From: Thermodesulfobacteriota bacterium
Lineage (GTDB): Bacteria; Desulfobacterota_D; UBA1144; Nemesobacterales; JAJCZQ01
Direction of reading: 5' to 3'
DNA: 64,000 nt
Assembly: GCA_965215275.1 (NCBI GenBank)
Contig: OZ244044.1
Coordinates: forward strand, 1,856,001 to 1,920,000
Position 1 is the first letter of the stretch, and every line of letters starts with the position of its first letter. The notes beneath the pieces are model-generated. The model saw only the letters and a program-made list of their open reading frames with translations, was not told the origin of the DNA and made no database searches. Positions 43,716-55,046 of this stretch are shown here, piece after piece. The translations under genes were made by a program, and so were the position numbers.

Positions 43716-44556
43716 ATGGACAGATCAAATACCTTACCAGAACCAAGAGATGCAAAAGGATACTTTGAACGCGGAAAAGACTTTTTGAACAAAGGAGAGA
43801 TTCTAAAAGCCATTGATGATCTAGATGAGGCAGTCCACCTTAATCCCCAATTTGCAATAGCTTACTATCATAGAGGGCTTGCCAAAAATGAACTTGGACA
43901 ATATAAGAAAGCGATCGAGGACTTTGATAAAGCAATAGGGAGCAATTTCCCCCCCCCCTCGAGATACAGAAATCTACTACCGCAGAGGGCTTGCCAAATA
44001 TAAACTTGGGCAATACAGAGAAGCAATTAAGGAGTTTGACAAACTAATAGAGGTCTATCCGCAATTAATAAGAAGTTACCATCTCAGAGGGATTTTCAAA
44101 AAAGCACTTGGTCAACACAATGAAGCACTTAAAGACTTTGGCAAGGTCATAGAGATTAATCCGAAATTCACAAGAGACTACTATCATAAAGGGCTTGTCA
44201 AAAATGAACTTGGACAATACAAGGAAGCGGTCAAGTACTTTGACAAAACAATAAAGTTCTCACGATTTCCAAGAACTTGCCATCAAAGAGGGCGTGCCAA
44301 ATACAAACTTGGTCAATACAATGAAGCACTTAAAGATCTTGACGAAGCAATAGAGATTAATCCACAATTAACAGAAACATACTATGACAGAGGGTGTGCC
44401 AAATATAAACTTGGTCAATACAGAGAAGCGACCCATGACTTTTATCGTTATATGAGGAAGCGATTTTGCAAGATACAAAATCTTGCTATTACAAGGGTGA
44501 TAGCAAATTTGGGGAATTATATAGGAAAGTTGACAAAATCCCATAACTCACTTTAA
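43716..44556 (+). CDS. TPR protein A, frameshifted at C10 (43949-43958); 279 aa if the tract is C9
   Basis: MDRSNTLPEPRDAKGYFERG start; after the tract the +1 frame stays open (RDTEIYYRRGLAKYKLGQY...) to TAA 44556, which lies inside MITE-1b. Confidence 0.85.
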
Positions 44557-44957
44557 ATAGTTAACTTCTTTTATAAAAGGATTTACTTTAGAGGTTACTA
44601 CTGATTTAAACCTCTTATTCAGTTCTTCTTTAGGTGGTTTTTTTAAGTCGTTTGTGCGGGATTAGTTCCATTTTTAAAAACATCATTGATGCTTTATCTA
44701 TTGTTTGTTGTTTTTCTTTTTTTTGCTTTTAATTTTTTCATTATAAAACAAATAACTATTAAATATGATCAAGACTCCTCCATACTGTATTATCATTACT
44801 TAATTCTTCAAAGATAATAATTTTTCTTAACATACTGCTAAAAAGAGCATCCAATCGGTCTTGTGTGTCTGTTTTAACAACCATCATTTAACTTGAACGA
44901 AAATTCACCTATATACTTCTCAAATTGCTATTTTGTCAACTTTTCTATATAATTCCC
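44512..44957 (-). mobile_element. MITE-1b: internally deleted IS1595 derivative
   Basis: TIRs as in MITE-1a; reverse strand reads QFEKYIGEFSFKLNDG.../KTDTQDRLDALFSSMLRKIIIFEEL, an IS1595 transposase C-terminus. Confidence 0.85.
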
Positions 44958-44963
44958 ATAATT

Positions 44964-45180
44964 TTACTTATCTGTTAAATCCCTTGAAAGTTTCAAACTT
45001 GAAACTCCTTTAAGATTTGTTGTTAACAAGTAAACAGAGATAAGCCAAATCTGGAGTGGTAATTTGCTTTGCTCTAATATCGTCCCCTGTCTGATACTAA
45101 ATCTTTTTCTGCAATCCTTAATATTACCATAATATCAATTAGTCTTTTTGATTCTTTGGGTAATTAAGTATATATTCCCC
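44964..45180 (-). mobile_element. IS1595 relic: left end plus an N-terminal transposase fragment
   Basis: End GGGGAATATATACTTAATT at 45180; 45119-44964 reads KDCRKRFSIRQGTILEQSKLPLQIWLISVYLLTTNLKGVSSLKLSRDL. Confidence 0.85.
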
Positions 45181-45341
45181 TTAAATATCAAGATACTTAC
45201 TAAGGCATTAAATATATATAAAAGAGATTAATATAGGTAAACCTCTTTCAGCTATTCATCCTGTATTGGGAATAATATGACTCTAGCGGTGACCTGAAAC
45301 TTCTATTAAATGGTAAAGAATACACCTTTCGGAGAATAAAC

Positions 45342-46585
45342 ATGGACAGATCAAATACCTTATCAGAACCAAAGGATGCAAAAGGATACTTTGAACGCGG
45401 AAACGCGTTTTTGGACAAAGGAGAAGTCTTAAAAGCTATTGATGATCTGGATGAGGCGATTCATCTCAATCCCCAATTTGCAAGAGCTTACTTTAATAGA
45501 GGGCTTGCCAAAAATGAACTTGGACGATACAAGGAATCGATTGAGGATTTTTATAAAGCAATAGGGACCAATCCCCCCCCCTCCCCCATCAAGATGCAGG
45601 GTTTTACTATTGTAGAGCTGAATATTGTACAGGGCGAGAGCCTGTCAAAAACGAACCTAGGGAAACGATCAAAGACCTTGACAAAGTAATAGAGGTCTAT
45701 CCCCAATTTGCAAGAGCTTACCAACGTAGAGGGTTTGCCAATTATAAACTTGGGCAATACAGAGAGGCGATCAAGGACTTTGACAAAGTAATAGAGGTCT
45801 ATCCCCAATTTGCAAGTGCTTACTATCGTAGAGGACTTGCAAATTATGAACTTAGGCAATACAGAGAGGCGATCAAGGACTTTGGCAAAGCAATAGAGAT
45901 CTATCCCTATCCGCACCTTATAAGCCTTAACTATCAAAGAGGACTTACCAAAAATGAATTTGGGCAATACGAGAAAGCAACCAAAGACTTTGATGAGTCA
46001 AAATCCTACTATGACAGAGGGTGTGCTAAATGCAGGCTTGGGCAATACAAGAAAGCGATCGAATATTTTGACAAATCAATAGAGACCAACCCGAAATTAT
46101 CAGAAGACTACTTTACGAAAAAGTATGCCAAAAACAGACTTAAATACTACAAGTACATAATTACAGAAAATTACTATAACAGAGGACTTGCTAAAGTCAG
46201 GCTTATGCAATATAAAGAAGCGGTCGAAGACTTTGACAAGGCAATAGAGATCAATCCGCAATTAACAATAGCTTATTATAACAGAGGACTTGCTAAAGTC
46301 AGGCTTATGCAATATAAAGAAGCGGTCGAAGACTTTGACAAGGCAATAGAAATCAAACCGCAATTGGTAATAGCTTACAATGACAGAGGGTCTGCCAAAT
46401 ACGAACTTGGACAATATAAAGAAGCGGTCGAAGACTTTGACAAAGCAATAGAGATCAATCCGCAATTAACAATAGCTTACAATAACAGAGGACTTGCTAA
46501 AGTCAGACTTAGACAATACAAAGAAGCGACCCATGACTTTTACGGTTATATGAGGAAGCGACTGCAGACTTTGATAAAATGGTAG
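45342..46585 (+). CDS. TPR protein B, frameshifted at C9-T-C5 (45573-45587); 414 aa with one extra C
   Basis: Hand translation shows no stop in the downstream frame from 45587 into ORF 46205-46585; near-identical 102-bp TPR units at about 46178-46500. Confidence 0.87.
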
Positions 46586-46760
46586 AACCGACCTGCAAGA
46601 TGCAAAATCCTATACTGACAGAGAATTTGCTAAAACCCGACTTAGGCAATACAAAGAAGCAATTAAGGAATTTGACAAGGCAGTAGAAATTGATCCAGAT
46701 GAAGATCACAACTGCTATGAACGGGCAATTATGAAACTATGCCTGAGTGAATAGGAAAGT
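46586..46760 (+). pseudogene. Decayed TPR coding relic downstream of TPR B
   Basis: Reads DAKSYTDREFAKTRLRQYKEAIKEFDKAVEIDPD..., then an in-frame stop. Confidence 0.65.
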
Positions 46761-47207
46761 GCCAAAGCAGACCTGATCATTATTATAAAATGGTTTAATA
46801 TTGCCTGCTTTTTCCACGATGAGCATAAAAGCGTCACTGAATTAGAGAAAAGATTTAATGTTATACTGCAGGCAGAGATCAAGACGCTGCTGACCTGATA
46901 AGATGAAGATTGAAGATCAGGCGCAAAAGGATGCTTTGAACGCTGAGATGATAATTAAACAAAACCGGTGATTTTTAACCTCTTGAAAATTCCAAAGACA
47001 CCTTTACTTATCCCGCAAGTCTTTCACAGCTGAGGAGTTGCTGAAATAACCTTGTACAAGTTGTCAGCACGGATAAATAAAGCAGTCAGTTAAATGCAGC
47101 ATAAAGACTAAAAGATCTGAAAGTTAAGCATCTGACCTAACTTAGCTGCTGAAGGTATATGGCCTTAATTTATCTGTTAAAAAAGCTCTTTATGGTTTAT
47201 TATATTG

Positions 47208-47452
47208 GGGGACTATATACTTAATTATCCAAAGAGATCTAACTACTTGTTATCATTAACTTTTAATTTATTTTTAAGTTTTCTTGCCTTGATAATAGCT
47301 TTTTGTTTAGCAAATATAGCATCCACTACCTCTTCCATAGAAACTTTTACAGGCTGTATTAATTTTGGTTTTATTCCCATTTATCCCCCTCTCTCTTAAT
47401 ACTTAATATATCCCCTTTTTTGATTTTATGGGGAATTAAGTATATAGTCCCC
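47208..47452 (-). mobile_element. MITE-2: 245-bp non-autonomous IS1595 derivative carrying only a small ORF
   Basis: Perfect 19-bp TIRs GGGGACTATATACTTAATT; same end type as the transposase relic at 45180. Confidence 0.88.
47243..47380 (-). CDS. 45-aa basic IS1595 accessory peptide
   Basis: MGIKPKLIQPVKVSMEEVVDAIFAKQKAIIKARKLKNKLKVNDNK, preceded by RBS-like GAGGGGG. Confidence 0.65.
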   Translation of the reverse strand: MGIKPKLIQPVKVSMEEVVDAIFAKQKAIIKARKLKNKLKVNDNK

Positions 47453-47787
47453 TTAATTTTTGCCACTTCTTAAGTTTGTTTATAAGATTTGGGTTGTGAA
47501 TAAATTCTTACGGGTTCTCAATTCCTCACTGACTATTTTTGTAATTTTTCTACATTCATGTCCATCGTCAAAAAATACTCTGTTGCATCGTTATTTTGCT
47601 TAGTTTGTTTTTTATAAACTTGCAGTTCTCTATATGACTCAAAAGTCATTTTCTTGTATACAACAAATTTGCCAATTATAGATTGAGAAGTATCAGAGTC
47701 ATAACCCCAATTATGATTTTTATAATTTGACAATTTGTTATAGTTTAAGGAAAATTTATCTTCAATACAATTTACTTGGAGATAAAG

Positions 47788-48102
47788 ATGTTAGCTGTAA
47801 TCAAAACCTGCGGGAAGCAGTATATGGTTAAACCCGGCGATGTAATTAATGTTGATAAGATACAAGGGGAGCATGGGTCCGAAGTACAGTTCAGCGAAGT
47901 TCTCATGTTATCAGATGGAGAAGGAAGTGTGAAAGTAGGAACTCCATTTGTTGATGGCGCACTGGTTAATGGTATAATCCTTGGAGAGAAGAAGGGAGAG
48001 AAGTTAACCATATTTAAGTTCAGAAGAAGAAAAGGTTATAGAAAAAAAACGGGACACAGACAAAGATATACATCAGTTAAAATAAATAGTATTAACGGCT
48101 AA
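47788..48102 (+). CDS. rplU: 50S ribosomal protein L21
   Basis: [16 protein letters not shown] and GHRQRYT motifs. Confidence 0.97.
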   Translation: MLAVIKTCGKQYMVKPGDVINVDKIQGEHGSEVQFSEVLMLSDGEGSVKVGTPFVDGALVNGIILGEKKGEKLTIFKFRRRKGYRKKTGHRQRYTSVKINSING

Positions 48103-48116
48103 ACCGGGAGGTTCTT

Positions 48117-48371
48117 ATGTCTACTAAAAAGGGTGGCGGCAGCACAAGCAACGGAAGAGACTCTGCCGGTAAAAGGTTAGGAGTTAAGAAATTCGGAGGT
48201 CAATCCGTTAGAGCCGGTAATATAATTGTGAGGCAGCGCGGTACGAAAGTTCATCCCGGTCCGAACGTCGGACTTGGCAAGGACTACACGCTTTTTGCAC
48301 TGATCGATGGTTCCGTTAAGTTCGAAAGATTCAAAAAAAATAAAACTAAAGTAAGTGTTTATCCCAATTAA
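48117..48371 (+). CDS. rpmA: 50S ribosomal protein L27
   Basis: [13 protein letters not shown] and [10 protein letters not shown] motifs. Confidence 0.98.
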   Translation: MSTKKGGGSTSNGRDSAGKRLGVKKFGGQSVRAGNIIVRQRGTKVHPGPNVGLGKDYTLFALIDGSVKFERFKKNKTKVSVYPN

Positions 48372-48488
48372 GTTCCCCGTTTTTCACTTATTCCTCTACA
48401 AATTTAACCATTAGCGTATTCTTTCATTGTACGTACAATGTATAATATAATTAGTGTCAGGGTTTATCTGATACTAACGTGGGATTTT

Positions 48489-50042
48489 ATGAATACCAGA
48501 TCGGCTAAAGGTTATATTAAATTTTCGTTTTCATTGTTCATCACATTTTTGACATGTGTGATTATAGCTGTTGGCGTGGCTTTGTTTCACAGCCAGTACT
48601 TTGCCAATAAGATCATTGAATATAAGTCCTCCGAAATATCACAGGAGTTCAATAACTCTGACTCCCTTTCTCTTACTGCAAGGAATATGCTTCATAAGAG
48701 AGACGATATAAGCTACTTGAATATATTCAACGAAGAGGGTGTGTTACAAGAAAACTTTAGCATCGGCGATGCTGTCGGGACCAAAGAGGTTGTTTTAAAG
48801 TTATTTGACGGCCAATTTATAGGTTTGGGGTTAAGAACCGACGTGGTCCCACTCGTGGATTCCTATGCACTGTCTTGGAGTCTTATTATTGGTATAATTT
48901 CGGCTATTATTTTGCTCTTTATCATTTCAATCAGGGATTCAAAGGAGACCAAGCCGTTAAAGGAGTTTGAAAAAGCGATGGAAAGCATTTCTCAAGGTGA
49001 TTACACTGTCAGATTGGGCGGTTCTTTTCTTGGTCAAGATGGTAGTAAAAAAGATTATAACAGCACTTATATGATCTTTAATAAGATGGCGAGACATCTA
49101 TACGTAAAATACAGAGAGCGGAATATCTCTTATGTCCCGTCTATGGATGTACCACTTGAACTGAAAGAGAATAATGACCTTGATAATGGTGTGTCTGATA
49201 GCAGTTCAGAATTAGAATATAAATTAGAAGATGAACCAGAAGACACGAGTGCCGGACTTATTGGCCAGGAGTTTTTATTGGATGAAGGGAATAAGGACGA
49301 GGGATCTGAGGTGAAAGTGAAATTGGAGACTTCAGATATATCTACAGAACAAGATAACAATAATAACGGTGAGGTAATGGACCAAGTGGAAAAGACAGAA
49401 GACGACCTTGATGGACAAGAAATCCAAGAAGTCCCGAAAGAACCCGAGACTAGCGTGGAAGAAACAGTAAGACGTTCGTTTTTCGTCTCGGCAGTTGCCA
49501 AGTCGCATGAAGCACGTTCTGACTTGAGACATGTGAGCGTCCTTGTTGTTATAACAGAAGGTCTTGAGAATCTGCCCTGTGAAGAATATATGCAAAGTTT
49601 TTCAGAAATGATCGTAAGTTATGGAGGGAAGATAGACCATTCATTGCAAAGTGTGTTTGTTGCTGTTTTTAATCCTTCCGATGATAACTATCCATGTATG
49701 AGACCAATGTGTGCGGCGGTGGAAATATTAACAAAGCTTGCAGATACTGCGATAAGAAGCAAATCTGAAAACATGAAAACCGTGACCGGCAAAGTCGGTA
49801 TAAGCACAAAATCACTGTCCGATGTTTCAGATTCGCTTGAAGATTTGATAGAAGATGCCAAGCAGATCTGTGAGATTACACAGACTTGGAAGCTTTCAAT
49901 TTCCTCTGAGTTGTACGAAGAGGTAAAAGATTTTGTTGAAGCAAGGAAGTACACGGTTGATGGCAAGGATATTTATTCAGTTAAAGGTGTTGAGCATGGA
50001 GTGGTCCGTCCTGAAGGGAGACCTGAAAAAACCGACATGTGA
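48489..50042 (+). CDS. Membrane protein: two TM helices, HAMP domain, acidic linker and degenerate class III nucleotide cyclase domain
   Basis: KPLKEFEKAMESISQGDY...FNKMA (HAMP); RHVSVLVV, YGGKIDH and KVGIST form a cyclase scaffold without the catalytic Asp residues. Confidence 0.65.
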   Translation: MNTRSAKGYIKFSFSLFITFLTCVIIAVGVALFHSQYFANKIIEYKSSEISQEFNNSDSLSLTARNMLHKRDDISYLNIFNEEGVLQENFSIGDAVGTKEVVLKLFDGQFIGLGLRTDVVPLVDSYALSWSLIIGIISAIILLFIISIRDSKETKPLKEFEKAMESISQGDYTVRLGGSFLGQDGSKKDYNSTYMIFNKMARHLYVKYRERNISYVPSMDVPLELKENNDLDNGVSDSSSELEYKLEDEPEDTSAGLIGQEFLLDEGNKDEGSEVKVKLETSDISTEQDNNNNGEVMDQVEKTEDDLDGQEIQEVPKEPETSVEETVRRSFFVSAVAKSHEARSDLRHVSVLVVITEGLENLPCEEYMQSFSEMIVSYGGKIDHSLQSVFVAVFNPSDDNYPCMRPMCAAVEILTKLADTAIRSKSENMKTVTGKVGISTKSLSDVSDSLEDLIEDAKQICEITQTWKLSISSELYEEVKDFVEARKYTVDGKDIYSVKGVEHGVVRPEGRPEKTDM

Positions 50043-50069
50043 TCCCATCAGTGTGTTTGATCTTAAGCA

Positions 50070-51131
50070 ATGCAAATGCAAGTCCAAAACATTAAAGAGT
50101 TATCGCCGAACAAGCTTGAAGAAGCCATTCTGGATATTGGAGAAAAATCCTACCGTGCCGGTCAAATTGGCAGATGGCTTTATCAAAAATACATAAGTAA
50201 CTATGACGATATGACGGATTTATCCGTCGGGTTGAGAAACAAGCTACGAAATGTTCTTCCCATAAATAGAACCCTGCATCTGGTAAAGGAGCAACTGTCC
50301 CGGGATGGAACGATCAAATATCTTTTTATGCTCAACGACGGCAACAGGATTGAATCAGTCTTAATTCCTGATAAAAAAAGATTTACACTGTGTGTTTCTT
50401 CACAGGTTGGTTGTGCCCTTGGGTGTAAATTTTGCCTTACTGCAACCGTGAGAAGGATAAGGAATCTGAACACTGCAGAGATCATTGATCAAGTGTTGTA
50501 CGTGAATTCGGTTAGAAGTAAGCCGATTACAAACATTGTCTTTATGGGAATGGGAGAACCTCTGGATAATCTGGATAACCTTGTTAGCTCAATTCAAATA
50601 TTAACGGATAAAAGGTGCTTTGGAATATCTCCGAGGAAAATTACCGTGTCCACTTCTGGACTGGTTGATCAGATAGAGGAACTTGGAAAGAGGGTAAGCG
50701 TGAACTTATCCATTTCATTAAATGCGTCCAACGATGGAACAAGAAGCGATATAATGCCTGTAAACAAAAAATACCCGATCCGGCAGTTACTTACTGCTGC
50801 TGTTAAATATCCTTTGCCAAAGAGAAAACTGCTGACATTTGAGTATGTTTTACTTAAAGGCGTTAATGACTCCGATTTTGATGCGTCGGCACTTGCGGTC
50901 CTGTTAAAAGGTTTAAACGTTAAGGTTAACCTTATTCCCTATAACGAATCTCACCCTCTTCCTTACAATAGCCCTGACGCAGACAGAGTATTGAACTTTC
51001 AGAAAATACTTATGAATTCCCATATTAATGCAAAGATCAGGAAAAACAGAGGTAGAGATATTCTAGCTGCCTGCGGACAGTTGGCTTCGGGATATTCTCA
51101 TAACACTGTGTTTGAGAGGAACTGTTATTAA
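50070..51131 (+). CDS. rlmN: 23S rRNA / tRNA m2A methyltransferase
   Basis: CVSSQVGCALGCKFC, FMGMGEP and AACGQL motifs. Confidence 0.97.
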   Translation: MQMQVQNIKELSPNKLEEAILDIGEKSYRAGQIGRWLYQKYISNYDDMTDLSVGLRNKLRNVLPINRTLHLVKEQLSRDGTIKYLFMLNDGNRIESVLIPDKKRFTLCVSSQVGCALGCKFCLTATVRRIRNLNTAEIIDQVLYVNSVRSKPITNIVFMGMGEPLDNLDNLVSSIQILTDKRCFGISPRKITVSTSGLVDQIEELGKRVSVNLSISLNASNDGTRSDIMPVNKKYPIRQLLTAAVKYPLPKRKLLTFEYVLLKGVNDSDFDASALAVLLKGLNVKVNLIPYNESHPLPYNSPDADRVLNFQKILMNSHINAKIRKNRGRDILAACGQLASGYSHNTVFERNCY

Positions 51132-51146
51132 TTACTGACGGACGCC

Positions 51147-53795
51147 ATGCAAACAATGACTGGAAGTGAAATAAGAACCCTTTTTTTGGATTATTTTAAA
51201 AGCAAGGGACATATGGAAGTAAGTAGTTCTTCTTTAATTCCAAAGGACGACCCAACGCTTCTTTTTGTCAACGCGGGTATGGTGCAATTTAAAAATGTGT
51301 TCCTTGGAACGGAGAAAAGAGATTATAAACGTGCAGTTTCATCTCAAAAATGCGTGCGTGCAGGTGGAAAGCATAATGACCTTGACAACGTGGGATACAC
51401 TTCCCGTCATCACACATTTTTTGAAATGCTGGGCAATTTTTCATTTGGAGATTATTTTAAGAAAGAGGTCATTGAGTTTGGATGGGAACTTATTACAAGT
51501 GTATATGGGATAGCGGAAGATAAGCTATGGGTAACTGTATTTAAAGAAGACGATGAAGCATACGACCTTTGGAAGAACCATATAGGCATCAGTGACGGCA
51601 GACTGGTAAAGATGGGGGAGAGTGACAATTTCTGGTCAATGGCTGATACCGGACCGTGCGGTCCCTGCTCTGAGATCATTGTTGATCAAGGTGAGAGATT
51701 TGGCTGCGGAAAAAAAGATTGTAAAGTCGGATGTGATTGTGACAGATATCTGGAAATATGGAACTTGGTATTTATGCAGTTTTATAGAGATGATGCTGGC
51801 AATTTAACCAGACTTCCTAATCCGAGCATTGACACGGGGATGGGACTAGAGAGAATAGCGGCTGTGCTTCAGGCCGTAAAAAGCAATTACGAGACCGATC
51901 TTCTTCTTGAGATTATAGAAGATATCTCCGCGTTTTGTGGAACTGAGTACAAAAGAGGAACCAGTGAGAGTGATATTTCTATGAGGGTTATTGCAGATCA
52001 CTCAAGAGCGGTGAATTTTCTGATTTCCGATGGAGTATTTCCCTCTAACGAGGGTAGAGGATATGTTCTCAGACGAATACTGCGCAGAGCTGTAAGGCAT
52101 GCAAAAATGCTCGGGGTTGACAAACCGTTTCTTTACAAAACACTACCCAGCGTAAACAGGATATTCGGAGATGTCTATCCTGAACTTATAAAACGAGCGG
52201 ATTTTGTTTCACGAGTTGTTAGAACTGAAGAAGAGAGATTTCTGGAGACCATTGACCGTGGGCTTGAGCTTCTTGAGACTGAGGTAGCTGAACTTCAGGA
52301 AAGCAGTATCTTATCTGGAAAAGTAGCATTCAGGCTATACGACACTTACGGCTTTCCCTATGATCTGACAGAGGATATTACAAAAAGCAAAGGAATAAAA
52401 ATTGACTCTGCTGAGTTTAACCTGGCAATGAAGAAGCAGCGTGAACAATCAAGACAATCATTGAGGAAGACCGATGAGGGATTTACTGCCGGTTTATACG
52501 GAGACTTTGTCGCAGGAGGTTTGAGTGTTGATTTCACGGGCTATGAGCAGTTGGAGGGTCAGGCCCTGATTATGATGATAATAAATAACAATCAAGCTGT
52601 CGATAGTGCTTCTGAAGGAGACCTAGTGGAATTGATAACCGACTCAACGCCGTTTTATGGCGAATCCGGAGGACAGATAGGAGATAAAGGCAGGATAGAG
52701 TCCGGCAGGTTCAAGGGTGAAGTAGTTGACACGAAAAAACCGTTTACAGATCTTATAGTTCATAAAGTTAAGATAAAGAGAGGCACAGTATGGGTCGGTG
52801 ATAGGGTGAGTCTTATAGTGGACAAGGATTTCAGATCGGGAGTAAGTGCTCATCACACCTCCACGCATATACTTCACGCCACTCTTAAGGAAATACTTGG
52901 TGACCATGTAAACCAGGCAGGGTCGCTCGTAACCCCAGATAGACTGCGTTTTGATTTCAGCCATTATTCAGGGATAGAAAGTAAGGATTTAAGAAAGATA
53001 GAAGAGTTGATGAACGAGAGAGTGAGAACAGATGATGCCGTTGAAGTTCGTAGTAATATTCCATACGATGAGGCTATAAAGGATGGAGCCACGGCGATTT
53101 TTGAGGAAAAATATGGCGACAAGGTAAGAATTGTATCCATTGGAGATTATAGTAAGGAGCTTTGTGGTGGCACGCATTTATGCAGTTCAGGGGAGTCGGG
53201 ATTTATAAAGGTGATTAGTGAGGCGGCATCTTCAGCTGGAGTTAGGCGAATTGAAGCTGTAGCATCTGAATCTGCCGTAAAACTTTTCCATTACTACAAT
53301 AAAATAATTGAGAATGTAAGGTCTGAATTACAAGTTCCACATTCGCAGCTGATAAAGGGACTGAAAATGGTTGTTGATGAGAATGAGAGTCTGGTAAAGA
53401 AGTTGAAGAAATTTAAAGACCGTACTTTTTACAACGAGGTGGAAAGTTTTATAAAAAATGTTAAAAAAGTCAATGGTATAAAACTGCTCATCCAGGATAT
53501 AGAAGGTGCATCCGCGACGGATTTGAGAACCGTCTGGGACAGTGTTAAGCCAAAGATCTGTTCTGGTGTAACGGTCCTTGCGAGCAAAAATTCCGAGAAA
53601 GTTTTCCTGCTGGTTGGTGTTACAGAGGACCTTCTGGAAAAATATCACGCTGGTAATATTGTCAGGGAATTATCACGGATCGTTGGGGGGAAAGGAGGTG
53701 GAAAACCTGACCTTGCACAAGGTGGGGGAAGTATTACTTGTAAAATGAACGAAGCATTGGCGGCCGCTGGGGAAATAATAGAGGGAACATTTTAG
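51147..53795 (+). CDS. alaS: Alanine--tRNA ligase
   Basis: NAGMVQFK, HHTFFEMLGNFSFGDYFK, DTGMGLER, HTSTH...ELCGGTH and GGKGGGK motifs. Confidence 0.99.
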   Translation: MQTMTGSEIRTLFLDYFKSKGHMEVSSSSLIPKDDPTLLFVNAGMVQFKNVFLGTEKRDYKRAVSSQKCVRAGGKHNDLDNVGYTSRHHTFFEMLGNFSFGDYFKKEVIEFGWELITSVYGIAEDKLWVTVFKEDDEAYDLWKNHIGISDGRLVKMGESDNFWSMADTGPCGPCSEIIVDQGERFGCGKKDCKVGCDCDRYLEIWNLVFMQFYRDDAGNLTRLPNPSIDTGMGLERIAAVLQAVKSNYETDLLLEIIEDISAFCGTEYKRGTSESDISMRVIADHSRAVNFLISDGVFPSNEGRGYVLRRILRRAVRHAKMLGVDKPFLYKTLPSVNRIFGDVYPELIKRADFVSRVVRTEEERFLETIDRGLELLETEVAELQESSILSGKVAFRLYDTYGFPYDLTEDITKSKGIKIDSAEFNLAMKKQREQSRQSLRKTDEGFTAGLYGDFVAGGLSVDFTGYEQLEGQALIMMIINNNQAVDSASEGDLVELITDSTPFYGESGGQIGDKGRIESGRFKGEVVDTKKPFTDLIVHKVKIKRGTVWVGDRVSLIVDKDFRSGVSAHHTSTHILHATLKEILGDHVNQAGSLVTPDRLRFDFSHYSGIESKDLRKIEELMNERVRTDDAVEVRSNIPYDEAIKDGATAIFEEKYGDKVRIVSIGDYSKELCGGTHLCSSGESGFIKVISEAASSAGVRRIEAVASESAVKLFHYYNKIIENVRSELQVPHSQLIKGLKMVVDENESLVKKLKKFKDRTFYNEVESFIKNVKKVNGIKLLIQDIEGASATDLRTVWDSVKPKICSGVTVLASKNSEKVFLLVGVTEDLLEKYHAGNIVRELSRIVGGKGGGKPDLAQGGGSITCKMNEALAAAGEIIEGTF

Positions 53796-53837
53796 GCAAG
53801 ATATGGCGGAATGCTCAGTAAGTCCGAACAATCCCTG

Positions 53838-54740
53838 TTATAGGCTAACGTCTTTTATCCCTTGTTTACTTAAAACATCTTTAACTTTTTTTAAAGCTGC
53901 GATTTTAATTTGCCGTACTCGTTCGCGCGATATACCGTATCTCTTACCAATTTCCTCAAGTGTCAATGGATTATCGCTGAGAACATTATGTTTAATCACG
54001 TATTTTTCTCTTTTCTTTAGTGGCTTGAGTATTTCGTTGATATTTTCTCTGATAGCTGATTCAATCTGATTTTTGGCAATTAAATCTTCCTGATTATATT
54101 TTTCATCTTTCAGATAGTTTATAAAACTGGTTTGCTGGCCGTCTCCTATTTTGGCATCAAGGGAAAGGTCTTTATGGGTCATCCTCTGATCCATTTTTAC
54201 TACTTCTTCTACCTTTACCCCGAGTTGTTTTGCAATCTTTGAATAATCATCATCATTTATTACATTTGTTTCCTTACCAAGCGTGTTCTTAGTTGATCTT
54301 AACTTATAAAATAACTTTCGCTGTGCTTGATTTGTTCCTAATTTGACCAAGCTCCATGATTGTATAAGAAAATTATGTATATATGCTCTGATCCACCATA
54401 CTGCGTAGGAGATCAGTTTATATCCCTTTGTCGGATCAAATCCTTTTACGGCTTGCATGAGCCCTATGTTCCCTTCTTGTATTATGTCCATAATATTTAC
54501 GCCGTAGTTCTTGTACTCATGAGCAATTTTTACAACGAACTTGAGGTTGCAAGAGACAAGTTTTCTGGCGGCTTCAAGATCGCCTTCTGTCTTGTATCTC
54601 ATAGCTAACTCATATTCTTCTTTTCTGCTCAGAATTGGGTTGTTACTTATATCGGCTATGTATCTTTCAAGTGAATTAGTAGTTGTTGGAAGATTTGCTG
54701 AATAACTTTTTGTTTCTTCTTTTTCCCTGCTTTTCATCAT
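53838..54740 (-). CDS. rpoH: RNA polymerase sigma-32 factor
   Basis: Region 2 QEGNIGLMQAV..FDP, RpoH box QRKLFYKLR, region 4 SRERVRQI. Confidence 0.92.
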   Translation of the reverse strand: MMKSREKEETKSYSANLPTTTNSLERYIADISNNPILSRKEEYELAMRYKTEGDLEAARKLVSCNLKFVVKIAHEYKNYGVNIMDIIQEGNIGLMQAVKGFDPTKGYKLISYAVWWIRAYIHNFLIQSWSLVKLGTNQAQRKLFYKLRSTKNTLGKETNVINDDDYSKIAKQLGVKVEEVVKMDQRMTHKDLSLDAKIGDGQQTSFINYLKDEKYNQEDLIAKNQIESAIRENINEILKPLKKREKYVIKHNVLSDNPLTLEEIGKRYGISRERVRQIKIAALKKVKDVLSKQGIKDVSL

Positions 54741-54803
54741 GATGAATTTTAGATTCTTATCATAATCGTTTGGGAATTATATACAATAGTGACGAAGCCT
54801 GGA

Positions 54804-54992
54804 TTATTTCTTGTTTTTTGAACGTTCAGCAATGTGTTTCTTTACACCCTTCTTTTTAACATTGACAGGCTGGAGGATAGCTTTTGCTAACTTTTGCGGA
54901 GTTGTATAAATAGCAAACGGATGCTCTTTCTCTTCTTCTGTTGGTTCATAACTGCCTGGTAAGATCTCTGTTGTTTTTTTCTTATTCGTCAT
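54804..54992 (-). CDS. 62-aa basic IS1595 accessory peptide
   Basis: Intact ORF between the transposase and the right TIR; identical to 62093-62281. Confidence 0.65.
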   Translation of the reverse strand: MTNKKKTTEILPGSYEPTEEEKEHPFAIYTTPQKLAKAILQPVNVKKKGVKKHIAERSKNKK

Positions 54993-55046
54993 TGTAAGTT
55001 TATTTTATTTTTTTGGTCTGTTTTTTATCGTATAACATTATTCATC

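Noticed and set aside
46178..46500. CRISPR-like periodic repeats
   Set aside because: The period is 102 bp and is coding (34-aa TPR); no unique spacers and no cas genes.
47533..47733. 66-aa minus-strand ORF upstream of rplU
   Set aside because: TTG start, AT-rich and no recognisable motif; may be a gene relic but cannot be supported.
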